From: Octopus bimaculoides
Taxonomy: Eukaryota
DNA length: 64,000 bases
Direction: 5' to 3'
NCBI RefSeq assembly: GCF_001194135.2
Contig: NC_068984.1
Coordinates: 115,506,304-115,570,303 of the forward strand
How positions within the stretch are numbered: the first letter of the stretch is position 1; each line of letters opens with the position of its first letter. The notes beneath the pieces were generated by a model, which saw only the letters and a list, made by a program, of their open reading frames with translations, was not told the DNA's origin and did not search any database. Below, piece by piece: positions 1 to 12,429 of the stretch. The position numbers and the translations under genes are program-made.

Positions 1-787
1 ATATATATATATATATACACTCTCTGAGTGGTTGGCGTTAGGAAGGGCAGCCAGCTGTAGAAACTCTGCCAAATTTAGATTGGAGCCTGGTGTTGCCATC
101 CGGTTTCACCAGTCCTCAGTCAAATCGTCCAACCCATGCTAGCATGGAAAGCGGACGCTAAACGATGATGATGATGATGTATCAGGCACGTGCCATCAGT
201 AATTACGCAGGGTAGGCTTATTTATTCACATATTTTAAAATTAATCAAGTATTATCATAAAACTGAGAAATTTTGATGATGTAACTATTTATTTTTAGAA
301 TGATATTGTAGGGTAGGTGTGAGAGGCTGGACCTAGCTTGTTTCAACATATAACTGGGAGAATACATAGGCCAGATATGGCCGGTTTAAATGCTAAAGGG
401 TTAAAACATGAAATTTGTATCATAGAATCAGATATGGTCTTGGACATGTTGGTAATCTTTATGTAGTAAAACACACAAAAATAACTGAAACACAGGCACA
501 CAACTGAGATGTAGGCAGATTTACTTCTGCCTTTATAGCACAAAGAAAACATTGTTGTAGGAATGTACACGGCACATGTACTACAGCAGTTTTACGTGTA
601 GCTTAAATACTGAGATTGAAAAGCAGGTACAAATTATGTCTACCTAATATACAAAAAAATAAAGTAATTTGCATTTTACGCATAGTAATCAGATCAACCT
701 TCATAATTTTATTGAATTAGGTGCATATTTTGCCATGAAAAGAAAATGTTGCTACCGATCTTGCCTACCTAGATGGCACATCCCTGA

Positions 788-820
788 TATATATATATAT
801 ATATATATACAGAGAGAGAG

Positions 821-883
<63 letters not shown>

Positions 884-901
884 AAGAGAGAGAGAGAAAG
901 A
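788..901. repeat. (TA)n/(GA)n microsatellite, representative of many
   Basis: Other conspicuous tracts at about 4285-4338, 8190-8222, 10587-10630, 15301-15385, 26025-26122, 35755-35918, 44220-44350, 47028-47064 (GGA)n, 56958-57105 (TAT/TAA)n and 61520-61860. Confidence 0.95.
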
Positions 902-1361
902 GTACCCTTGTGAAGGAGGTACTTTCCTTCAGCTAAATTGTTGATATTTGTAATCAGTATCACTACACAGCCTCTAACAGAATTGTTTAAGTCTTCTAAG
1001 AATTCCAAAATTCAGAACTTTCAAACTGACTGACATCACAAAATAAATAGAATAATGAGGAGAGGCACTAGATGATAGATGGCTTGAAAAGTTTTTTCTT
1101 TTAGGTCAAATGTCAGAGGACAACACGTAAAGTTAAAGTATCATCAAAACATAAAAGTCACCCATTTCAATAATTGGTCCTGTGATATCAAGTGACAATC
1201 ACTACCAAAGTTTTGTTGTTTTTTAATATTGTCTCAAGTGATCAGTTTGTAATTTTGATGGATGTAGTGACTATCCACTGTTTTGAAAGTTTCTTAAATA
1301 TGTTGTTATATTTCAGATCAGCACACATGCAGCAAACACAATTAAGGGCAGGAGGCTACCT

Positions 1362-1763
1362 ATAACCCTTCTGTTACCATATTTCTGTTGAAATACACCT
1401 GCCTTTGTTCCAATTAATTTTTAAAATAATGAAGAATTTAGTAAAATAACTTCATCATTATTAGGCTGGTGCTGGTATTTAGACCATGAATTAACATGAA
1501 ATTTTTGATGGGAACATTTTAATTCACATCACTTTAATACTTTAGCATTCAGATTAATTTATCAAATGTAAAGCTTATTTATCCACATATTTTAAAATGT
1601 ATCAAGTATTATCATAAAACCATGAAATTTTGATGATGTAACTATTTATTTTTAGAATGATATTGTAGGGTAGGTGTGAGAGGCTGGATCTAGCTTGTTT
1701 CAACATATAACTGGGAGAGAATACAAAGGCCAGATATGGCCAGTTTAAATGCTAAAGGATTAA
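1362..1763. mobile_element. piggyBac-like MITE-family sequence
   Basis: Ends ..AATGCTAAAGGA-TTAA. The internal sequence matches 216-404 and the 5381 element in reverse. Confidence 0.55.
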
Positions 1764-2779
1764 AACATGAAGTTTGCATCATAGAATCAGATATGGTCTT
1801 GGACATGTTGGTACCAAAAGGATTAAATTCTATCTGAAATGACATGATTATGTAGAAAATGACAATCAGATTTTCTATGGATAACAAAACATTCAGTTGT
1901 TCCCAGGTAGCAAATTTTTACTTTAATATTTAGAATTATCTTTCTACTTATCTTTTATCTTTTACTTGCTCCAGTCATTAGATAGTGGTCATGCTGGGAC
2001 ACCAAATGAATTGACCCCAGTACTTATTAAACCTGGTATTTATTCTATCAGCTTCTTTTGCCAAATTGCCAAACCACCAAGTTACAGGGACGTAAACATG
2101 CCAACACCAGTTGTCAAGTGGTGGGGGGGGGACACATACATGACCAGTTTCTTTCAGTTTTAATCTGCCAAACCCACTCACAAAGCTTTGGTTGGTCCGA
2201 TGCTATAGCAACCACAAAGTGAGACTGAACCCAGAACCTTGCAATAGGGAAGCAAACATCTTACCACACATCCATGCCTGCAGGACTTTTTTCTACCAAC
2301 AGATTATGTCTTTTGGGATGATTAATGCCAAGCTTTTTCCAATATCTTTCCAGTTGATTGTGCCTCTTTACAGAGCCAAAGGCAGCAAAATGTCAGAGTC
2401 ATTAGACAATTGGATAGAACATTTCATAGTATTAGCCCCCAACCCACCAGAGTCTGACCTCCAATCCTTTGGGAGTTGATTAAAAAAAAAATAGCAACCA
2501 AGGCAAAGGATTGGCAGAACTGTTAGAAGGATCAGACAGGATCACTTGTGATCTATTCCAGCTTTTTGCCTTCTGACAGCAATGCTTGCAACGATACTGA
2601 TGCCAAACTATCAGCCCAAATCAGTAGGTCTTTTCCTCAAATAAACATTGGTATTGTAGAGAGAAGCATCTGTATGCATGGGTAATTTCCAGTCTTCTTG
2701 AGCAGAACTGCACATACAAGTGCAGATGAATGGTCAACAATGACTGATAGCAGCTCCTATATACAGAGCCAAAGAGATA

Positions 2780-2995
2780 CGAGGAGGGCTGAAAAATTCA
2801 TGGCTTTGGGTAAAAGAAAATACAAGAGGATCAGTTAATTACGATTTTATTCAACATATTCCCCTCTCAAATTCACATACTTATTGCAGCAGTCCTTCAG
2901 TTTTTCTAAGCCCTGTTAAAGAACTCAGAAGGTTGGGCCTTCAACCAGGCTTTTCACAATACCCTTGAAGCCAGGAACTTTTCAGCACACCCTCA
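2780..2995 (+). mobile_element. Mariner-type MITE (~215 bp)
   Basis: ~29-bp imperfect TIRs (GAGG.G.GCTGAAAA.TTC.TGGCTT) flanked by TA. Further copies at 34734 and 35188. Confidence 0.8.
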
Positions 2996-4301
2996 TATTT
3001 TTACTCAAGTGTTTCATAAGATAATACTGCCTATACTTTTTGTTTCCAACATACTTTTGCAAAATGTCTGATCATTTTACACTTACAACTAGTTCATCAA
3101 CAACAGGAGATTCTGCATGGCCAGGTAAAGTCTTTAATCCATGTCAAACAAGTTTTAACTTAACTGAAGTAGATTTCCTGATAGCAGCAGCATAAGAATC
3201 GTGGTTAGCAGTTGTAATACTGTCTATAGCACTGTTGAAAACACAGATTCAATCAATGTAACAGCTGGAATACATAATAAATTGGTACATACTGCTTTAT
3301 TCTATAATAAACCATAGAATGGGTATATATATTTTCAACATGCCACTGGTAATTGGCTATGACAAGTCCAGTGGCAAAATAGTGTTAGATGATCCCCCAG
3401 AATAATGTTTTACTTAGTAAAAAAATGCCAAGAAATTTCCACTTAGATGTTTTGATGGAATGAGGTTTCTGATATATGATTTTAGCATTTGCGAAGATAC
3501 CTGAGACTTATGAAACCAGATGAGAACAACAAATTGGATTTATTTCTATTATGTCTGCTTGCTCTGGAAGACACAGCAATTCGTTGCCAAGGTGAAATCA
3601 GATTAGTGAAATTACGTAAGTGAAGGCAATACATACAATACATTCAAGGGTCAAAAATTTCATTGTGACAGGAGCAATGAAAAAGAATGTGCAAAAAGTA
3701 GAGGAAGATCAAAGAAGACCTGGCTAGAGATGATGGGAGAGAAAATGAAAGCAAAGAATTGGTGAAAAGGGATGTAGAGGATAGGGGTAAAATGAGGAAG
3801 ACTGTTATGAAGCCTGCAAGGCTGATATTTGTTTTACAAGAAAAAAATAATCTTAAAATATTTGTTAATGTACTCTATTCTAAATATGAAATTACATAAT
3901 TGCATTTATGATGCAATAAAAATGTTCACAGTTTATAAGATCAGCCCTGAAAAACTGTCTTCATAAACACAGGTATGTGACTCAAAAGTTCGCTTCCCAA
4001 TCACATAATTTCAGATTCAGTCCCACAGTATGACACTTTAGGCTTGACATCATGTTATAGTTGTAAATGAGTGTCCTTCATTTCCACTATTTTGCAAAAA
4101 AAAAAAAAAGTGTCTTGCCATGGGGAAATTTAATTTGGTTGGAAACAAGTGAGGGTAGGCAACAGGAAGAGCACTCTGCCCAAGCCATGCAAGCCTGGAA
4201 AAGTGGACATTAAAACAATGATGATGACTTTGATATTTAGACATAAATAGGCAAACAGCTTGAAAGATGGGTAGCTAGATATAGATATGTGTATCTCTTT
4301 T

Positions 4302-4342
<41 letters not shown>

Positions 4343-5380
4343 TGGGAAACCACAAAACCACAAAGCAACTATCTTATCAGTCTATCAGAAATGCAGTGAA
4401 CTAGCAATTGACCAATTGAAAACCTGTAACCAACAATACAAGAGCTATTCACAAATAACAATATAAAATAAATGATTACAGTGTTGAGTACAAGTCAACC
4501 ATGACAAAACTCAGTCCTCATCACAATATTAACTGTGACTTAGAACTGCAGGTATACAATGTTTTAAAGTAAAACCACTCAGCAACAAAGTACACTCAAT
4601 CACTCAATTTACCTACTACTACTACTACTACTCTCTCTCTCTACTCCATAGTCCTCACTCACACTCTGGCATTACAATTTTGACTAAAATCAAACAAAAA
4701 CAACAAACCATTTCTACAAATGTTACTCAATTTTGATTAACAGAAAACAATTTGAAAGAATTTCATAGGATATATAGCATATATATATTTCATAGAATTT
4801 CAAACAACATTCTCGTCATTTTAACATTCACTTTTCCGTGCTTGTAGAAATCATACTGAAAGTCACTGAGGCAGATTTTACATAGTTGCACATCCTTCCT
4901 GTTGCCAACCCTCACTAGTTCCTAAGCAAGGTAATACTTCCCCCTAGTATTAAGAACACAAACAGCACAATGGCCGGATATGTTTCCAATCTTCTATGGA
5001 AACAAATGACAACACTTGTATGATGGTGAAACTCATTTACAGCTTTTGTTAAGTCAAAGCAACGCAAATACACACAATAAGCTTCTTTCAGTTGCTAACA
5101 ACCACTCACAAGGCTTCAGATGGCCCAAGCTATTTTAAAAAATAGCCCAAGGTGTTGCACAGTTGAACTGAACCTGGAAGAACATAGTTGCAAAGTGAAC
5201 TTCTGAACCACATCGTCAGGCCTGCACCTGTCCTTAAAGCTCCACAGGTGCTAATTTCTTCAAATATTTTTATATCATAGATTTACATATTTATCCATAA
5301 GTTTTAATGTTTATTAGGTTAAAGATGAGAATTAAACCAAAGCCTTTTAGCTTTGATCTATTGAGCATCATCATCATCAT

Positions 5381-5996
5381 TTAAACCTTTAGCATTTAAA
5401 CCAGCCACATCTGACCAAATTATTCTACCTGGTTTATGTTCAAACTGGCCAGATCTGGCCTCTCCCATCTACCCTATTGTTGGCACTCCGTCGCTTACAA
5501 CGTTGAGGGTTCCAGTTGATCCGCCCAACGGAACAGCCTGCTCGTAAAATGAATGTGCAAGTGGCTGAGCACTCCACAGACACATGTACCCTTAATGTAG
5601 TTCTCGGGGATATTCAGTGTGACACATAGTGACAAGGCTGGCCCTTTGAAATACGTGTACAACAGAAACAGGAAGAAAGAGTGGGAGAAAGTTGTGGTGA
5701 AAGTTTACAGCAGGGTTTGCCACCATCCCCCTGCCAGAACCTCGTGGAGCTTTTAGGTGTTTTTCGCTCAATAAACACTCACAACGCCCGGTCTGGGAAT
5801 CAAAACCGCAATCCTATGACCACGAGTCCGCTGCCCAAACCACTGGATCATTGCGCCTCCACCATCTACCCTATAATGTCATTCTAAATCACATTATCAA
5901 AGTCTTGAAGCAACAAGACAATGCTTGATTAGTTTGAAACAATATGAATTAATAAGTATTATATTTGGCAGAATAATCAGAACACTAAAGGGTTAA
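5381..5996. mobile_element. piggyBac-like MITE (TTAA-CC(C)TTTAG...CTAAAGGG-TTAA)
   Basis: TTAA at 5381-5384 and 5993-5996 with inverted termini. Related ends occur at 391-404 and 1751-1763. Confidence 0.7.
5478..5861 (-). mobile_element. tRNA-derived SINE with 13-bp target-site duplication
   Basis: Head GGAGGCGCAATGATCCAGTGG...GGTTTTGATTCC (A/B-box-like). TSD CCATCTACCCTAT at 5465-5477 and 5862-5874. Confidence 0.8.
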
Positions 5997-8187
5997 TGTT
6001 CGTTTTCCATGCTGGCATAGGTTATACAGTTTGTTTTGCCACGGTTTCTATGATTGGATGCCCTTCTTAATGCCAACCACTCTACAGTATGTACTCTGTG
6101 TCTTATGCGCTACAGTACTGGCCATGACCATGATTTCACTTAATTTGATGTGTCTTCTCAAACACAGCAGCAAATTACCAGAACTCTCAGTCACTTGCCA
6201 TTGCTTCCATGAGACTCAACAACCAAAGATCATATTTCACCACCTTGTCCCACATCTTCTAGGATCTACCTCTTCCACAGGTTGCCTCCACAATTAGAGA
6301 TCAGCACTTCTTCATGCAGCTGTCCTCGTCTGATTATTTTAATAAAGAGTTGTGGAAAACACCCTGCCCTCTCTTTCTCACATGAATAATTCAATCTACA
6401 AATTAACCTTAAATACAGAAGGTTTCTTTATCTCAAGCTTACAACTCAGTATCAGCAGTTATATTTATTTAGTTTTATTTGAATTTTTATACTATTTCAA
6501 TGGAACAACACAAACTTGAATTGTACTGAAATACAGTTAATGAATTCAGTGTGTTCCACCACCTTAATTGTCATAGCCAGGAAATTGTTAATCTTAATGT
6601 TTTTATTACATGACTTGACGACCTGAATAGTAGCTAGAAATCTATTCATATAGGCATGTGTCCATTTGTTTGTTTTTATTAATTAGAGAATGAAGAGAAC
6701 AGTGTCCATGACCTGTGTAGGCTTTACCAGATTGTTGAAAGCATTATGGTTTATGCTTTAGATCAACTTTCTAGGTCAATGCTTCTGGGAGAGATAAACA
6801 GAAAGGTGTGCAAGGAGGAAATTCCAGTTGTTTTGAGGACAAATGCTTTGAAGAAGAACGATAGGGAAAATTGTCTAGGGTAAAATCTGGGGGGTTAGAT
6901 AGGGAGACAGTGGATAAGATGAGTGGATGTGCAGCCCACCAACCCCCCAAAAATTAGTTATGTGGCTTGCCAGTTCATAGGAGCAGGGTATCTGTGCATA
7001 GTGATTATAATAGATTATAATAGTTATATTGGTGAGTTAATACGTCAGCTAAATTGTAAATTGTCTTTTGGATGCAACCTAGGGTATTCATGGGAATAGC
7101 AGAAGCGCCATCTCAGATATGTGAGCAGTACTCCATCCAATGTGAGTTACACTCGAGTTTTATAGAGGTAAAGAATGTATCAGGGCTGGAGTGTTTCCTC
7201 GTCCTGAGAATGGAAACCTAGAGACCAGTATTTCCTGGTTCAGAAAAAGAAACAGATTTTTGGATGCAGTTTCGTGTGATCTTCGAAAGAAAGCAGAAAT
7301 TGTTAGTCCTCGAATTTGTAGCGACTTACAATGTTTTATCTGTTGTTTCACGCTAAGGAGGAAGAATGCAGGGCAAATCTGTTCCCTGATGGATATATAT
7401 AATGAATGTGTCGTACTGTCAGAGGAGACTAGATTATATCATATCTAAGGGTGTCTGACGTAAGGTACCTAGGTCGCGTGTGGATGACACGTTTATTCTT
7501 AGAATACCCTTAAAGAAAGAAATATCAATGTTAAACGAGAAAATTATATTCATATAAAAGCAACAAAATGAAAGTAGGAAGTCAAATTTACTGCGTCTGA
7601 ATTACTTAGAAATGATGAGGTCTAGTTTTATAATAATCCATATATTTAATTATAAACAGCATTATTTCGTTTTGAAATAAGATAAATTTATGCATATTTA
7701 ATAATCGCGAAACAAACTGCTTTTCAAAGATCGTAGAGCTTCTAAATGACTAGTTTTAAAATTTCAAAGACTGCAATTTAAAATACAAAGTGATTTTCGA
7801 GGAACCAGATCCTATTGTCTGCTCCCTTTTATATATATATATATATATATAAAATGGGTCTATGAACATTGTAATAAAGAAATTAAATTGCTGAGTTTTG
7901 TGGGGGCTTTTTCAACAGATACTCTATTCAAATAGTGTTCCATTTTTACCTATCCCTCAAAAGAACTAAGTATATCGAATTAAATCAAATAAAGCGGAGT
8001 TGGTTAAACAATATCATATGCGTGTATATGAGCGCATATGATGAGCATTTTACCAAACCACACACATATAAGCCGATGACGGCTGGCAAGCTAAAACCTC
8101 GAAGTCACTGTCAACCTTCGCTTAATAAAAAATAAATATATACTCTACTATAAAGTACTGAATGACCATTCAATATAATGTTAAATT

Positions 8188-8223
<36 letters not shown>

Positions 8224-10337
8224 CTTCACATAAAAGCAAACAATACACATATGCATATATTACATATATTATATATACATACACACGTTACTGCAGCAGA
8301 AAAAATATCTTTTTAAACAAATAATTTCTTTCTGGTTAGAAAATTAAGAGGTACAGTATAGTACTGGACAAAACTGTTTGGTTATTACAAACCTAGGTGA
8401 AAAAGATGTCTAATTTTAGAGCCATGAAACATCACACAGCTGAGGATATACACATACATATATACAAATAAATGAATATATATTCTTGTTTAAAGTTGTA
8501 GTGTACCTCTTTCACAGTCGGCACAAGCGTTAAATACAGTAATAATTTAGTAATTTATAAAAATCTGAACTAATGTTAATTTTCTGCAATCGACATTACA
8601 ACCAGATCCAAGTTAATTTCAAACTATATACTCTCAAAAACAAAAACCGACATTTTCAAACTTGATCCAATCATTTTACCAACACAGATCCAAATAATCT
8701 AGACTCTACACACATAAACAGGCCTATATATATATATATATATATACATACCTGTACGTATATATGCATATACTCATTTACTTTTGTTTATATATATATA
8801 TATATATATATATATCCTAAATGAAACATCCTACATATGTATTCGAGCTAGTACCCGTTAAAATGCATACATTATTAAATAATAATTGATATTTATAAAA
8901 AGGATCCCGATATCTTTGAATACAATCTGTATTTCTCCAAAAGTNNNNNNNNNNNNNNNNNNNNNNNNNNNNNNNNNNNNNNNNNNNNNNNNNNNNNNNN
9001 NNNNNNNNNNNNNNNNNNNNNNNNNNNNNNNNNNNNNNNNNNNNNNNNNNNNNNNNNNNNNNNNNNNNNNNNNNNNNNNNNNNNNNNNNNNNNNNNNNNN
9101 NNNNNNNNNNNNNNNNNNNNNNNNNNNNNNNNNNNNNNNNNNNNNNNNNNNNNNNNNNNNNNNNNNNNNNNNNNNNNNNNNNNNNNNNNNNNNNNNNNNN
9201 NNNNNNNNNNNNNNNNNNNNNNNNNNNNNNNNNNNNNNNNNNNNNNNNNNNNNNNNNNNNNNNNNNNNNNNNNNNNNNNNNNNNNNNNNNNNNNNNNNNN
9301 NNNNNNNNNNNNNNNNNNNNNNNNNNNNNNNNNNNNNNNNNNNNNNNNNNNNNNNNNNNNNNNNNNNNNNNNNNNNNNNNNNNNNNNNNNNNNNNNNNNN
9401 NNNNNNNNNNNNNNNNNNNNNNNNNNNNNNNNNNNNNNNNNNNNNNNNNNNNNNNNNNNNNNNNNNNNNNNNNNNNNNNNNNNNNNNNNNNNNNNNNNNN
9501 NNNNNNNNNNNNNNNNNNNNNNNNNNNNNNNNNNNNNNNNNNNNNNNNNNNNTATATCTTAATATGTATAATGCATATATGTGTGCTTATGCGTGTATAT
9601 ATAAACATAGTTTATATAAGTTTGCATGTAAAATATATAACGCATACACAATGTAATACATATGTATGTATATATACATATAGCTTAACCATAAATAATT
9701 CACATACTTAGATGTATGTGCATGTATATATAAAGAGACTAATTGGTACTATCTACAAGAGATGCTAAATATTTTAGCAACTAATGTCACAAATGGTTTC
9801 GAGTCTTTTTAGCTCTTTTTTGTGCCTCTTTCCAACTCTCGTTTGTTTATTTGGGGGCTGTTTTATTTTTCCTTTTCTTTACTTTTGTCTGTTCTTTTCA
9901 CATGCAAACTTCGAAATAAGACCATAATAGGTGTGAAGAATCACACGAACGTTACATCTAATTACGCAGGAAGACGCCGAAACCGATTTACCAGGTACTA
10001 TGCAAATAACTACTTAAACACAATTACAAAAAAAAAAAAATAGTATTATTATATTTAATCAGTGTTGACTCTAAATCGCAATGTATAGAAGCCGGTTATG
10101 AACAGATCGGGTTTGTAGTTTGAGATATTTAAGTACGGAGGTACCTTACTAAGTTAGTTGCCAGGCATGTGACAACTTAATGACTTTATCATTTTCACAT
10201 CGATAAGGTCGTGATGGACTAAAAAAATAATCAAACCAATACAAATATATATTAAGATCAAACCCGATTTCATCGATATTCGAAACAAAAGTAAAAAAAA
10301 ATACCAAAACAATAAATGTAATAATAAAGCTGCTTAC

Positions 10338-10469
10338 CTCAAGTACAAAGTAGGTGCGAATCCTACGATAAGATTCCCACGCCTCCTCCTGGCTATTTCT
10401 GTCCATGTTAAGATCTCGACATAAATTGGAGAATCTTTGCTCCACATCTTCATCTCCGGACAGACCCAT
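10338..10469 (-). CDS. RBL1: Retinoblastoma-like protein (p107/p130 family), first coding exon (44 codons, phase-0 donor)
   Basis: ATG at 10469. MGLSGDEDVEQRFSNLCRDLNMDRNSQEEAWESYRRIRTYFVLE resembles the RBL1/RBL2 N-terminus (LCxxLNxD..A...Y..I...YxLE). The frame runs into a consensus donor GAG|GTAAGC at 10338/10337, the point where vertebrate RBL1 continues LE|G..HWLAC (from memory). Likely co-orthologue of RBL1/RBL2. Confidence 0.9.
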
Positions 10470-10695
10470 TTTGAGCAGGTTTACTAGTGGTGCACTAGAA
10501 AGGACTAGTGGAACACTACACTAGTAGTAAGACGCCTGACAAACTTGGTGCTTCGGTTGAATACCGGTATGTCTGTCTGTCTGGTTGTGTGTGTGTGTGT
10601 GTGTGTGTGTCTCTCTCTCTCTCTCTTTCTCGTAGTAATATTATATAGTAACCGTGAAGGTAAGAGAGATTAATTATCTCCAGGGCTTGCCTCAC

Positions 10696-11100
10696 CTTCG
10701 ATTAAGAAGAGAGTAGTAGTTGTAGTAATGGTAATAGTAAGAGTAGACATTCAGCAACGTGGTAGAAGCGAAACTGTTGTGAGAGTATCTGTATGGAAGG
10801 AAGGGAGATCGCGGTGGCAGCAGTCACCTCTGTCTGGTGATGGTGGTGATGGAGTGAATTCTATAGTATGTGATAGGCGACGGCAACGAAGTGGTAAACG
10901 AGGAAAGGCGGCGTTGACAACAAGCGATGATGATAATGATGTGGTGCTTGTAAATCTAAGTTCGAAACAGAAGACAGAAGTTAGCATGATGCCATTACTA
11001 CATAATTGTCTACTAATAAACTTCACAAAAGAAAAAAAAAATTAAATTTAAAAATCAATGTAGAAATTAGAAAGCTTACTACCAGCCTAGCCTATTAGCC
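10696..11100 (-). other. Putative non-coding 5' exon of the RBL gene (5' limit approximate)
   Basis: Minus-strand donor GAAG|GTGAGG at 10696/10695 and candidate acceptor GTTTGTCAG at 10536, enclosing a 160-nt microsatellite-containing intron. The region is CpG-richer than its flanks. Confidence 0.35.
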
Positions 11101-11368
11101 GACGTTGAAAATTTTTTACCGGAGCAGCATCGATGAAAAGTTTATCCTTTTCCTTTTTTTCTTCTTCTTTTCCTGAACGACCAGAATTTTAGTCAGGTTT
11201 TCAGGTGGTAATACCAAAGACATTGATGTTGGTATCTCCACAATTCCATAAATACAAATCCAGGTACTCACTATAAGTAACGAAGGGAGGAAGTAAAAGC
11301 GACGACTTAATCCAGGTCAGTTTCTAAGTTGTTACGATGACAGCAAAGAATCTGCTAAGTCGACGAAG

Positions 11369-11378
11369 TGGCGGGAAA
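11369..11378 (-). promoter_or_regulatory. E2F consensus site (TTTCCCGCCA on minus strand) upstream of RBL
   Basis: Plus strand reads TGGCGGGAAA, an exact TTTSSCGC-type E2F motif, about 900 bp 5' of the RBL ATG. Confidence 0.55.
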
Positions 11379-12429
11379 TTAATAATGAACAAAAAAATAA
11401 CTAAACTAAAAGAAAACTAAGACATAAAAAAAAACTTTCTACCAGCATGTGGAGAGTAACTAGTCGGAACTATTGGAGTAGGAGGATGAGGAATAGTGAG
11501 AGGTAAGAGAAGTAAAGGAACTTTGCTATGAGGTGATGTTTTTAGTGGTTTATAACAGCTGATTGGTTGACTAATGTTATAAAGTATGGGGAGGAGGACC
11601 AACCAACAAGGGTAGCCACGACGCGGTCGCTTCATATGCTAGAAAGAGAAACTAAATATAAATTATAATCTACTGTTTTAAACAGAAAAAGACATTAAAT
11701 AATGTCTAAAATACTGCGCAGACGTTCCATGTGTGGCAAGAAGTTTGCTTCTTAACTTCATAGATTCTGGGTTCCGTCCCACTGTGTAGCACCATGGGCC
11801 TTAGGACCGTCGTTTATATATATATGTGTGTGTATGTGCATGTGCGTGTATGTTTGTGTTTGCCCCTCTCTACCACAAGACAACCGGTGTTGGTTTGTTT
11901 ATGCCCCCGCCACTTAGCGGTTCGGCAGAAAAAAAAACGATAAAATAAGTAGCAGGCTTAGGGGAAAAAAAAAGTACTGGAGTCGATTTATTTGACTAAA
12001 CCAGTCAATGCGGTGCTCCAGTATGGCCGCAGTCCAATGTCTGAAACAAGTAAAAAATGAAAGATAAATAAATCTGAATTAAACACAAAATGGGATGGTT
12101 GCAGTTGGAGTGCTTAAGATAATAAATTTACTTGTTCAGGGCTGATCTTGGACTGAACAAGTATATGAGGTGTCAACTCAAAGCAGCTTTGCTGCAATGC
12201 AGTGCAGTGTAAATAAATAGGTTAGTCAAAAAATTATGTTAAGGTTTTGCAAAAGGAAATTTAGAAAGGAATAATGGATTTACTATATTCCTTAAGTTTG
12301 CACATTAAAAAAATGGGTTGCAATTTTTAAAAGGAGGTGGAGATATTTTCATGTGACCTTGGTAGAAAAAAATACTTTTAACAAAAAATAGTTCTAAAGA
12401 AAATTTTGGAAGTTAGTTGTTGATTACCA

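Larger units (their letters stand above)
5369..6330 (-). mobile_element. RTE-clade LINE 3' fragment (interrupted by nested insertions)
   Basis: Minus strand reads DEDSCMKKC*SLIVEATCGRGRSRKMWDKVVKYDL (RTE C-terminal GRGRPRK.W motif), followed by the family 3' UTR ending in (GAT)n. Confidence 0.7.

Noticed and set aside
669-1008. ORFs made of (TA)n/(GA)n/(CA)n repeats (also 15049-15525, 35679-36146, 44141-44450, 49041-49596, 56772-57122, 61506-61875)
   Set aside because: Translations are dipeptide/homopolymer runs that simply reflect microsatellites.
3330-3400. Minus-strand GDHLTLFCHWTCHSQLPVAC*K, superficially like RBL exon 2 (HWLACALYVACRK)
   Set aside because: Wrong spacing, in-frame stop and no acceptor AG; judged coincidental.
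5800-5861. tRNA-like sequences (also heads of SINEs at 54780-54811, 61091-61150 and 62952-63015)
   Set aside because: They continue into SINE bodies, lack a complete cloverleaf and occur in many diverged copies; not tRNA genes.
8817-9656. Long ORFs spanning N gaps (also 35728-37218, 45351-45878, 46054-47172, 58460-58942)
   Set aside because: Length comes from X codons in assembly gaps.
10728-11045. 105-aa plus-strand and 91-aa minus-strand ORFs upstream of RBL
   Set aside because: Low-complexity UTR/promoter-like sequence with no recognisable domain; open frames are explained by higher GC.
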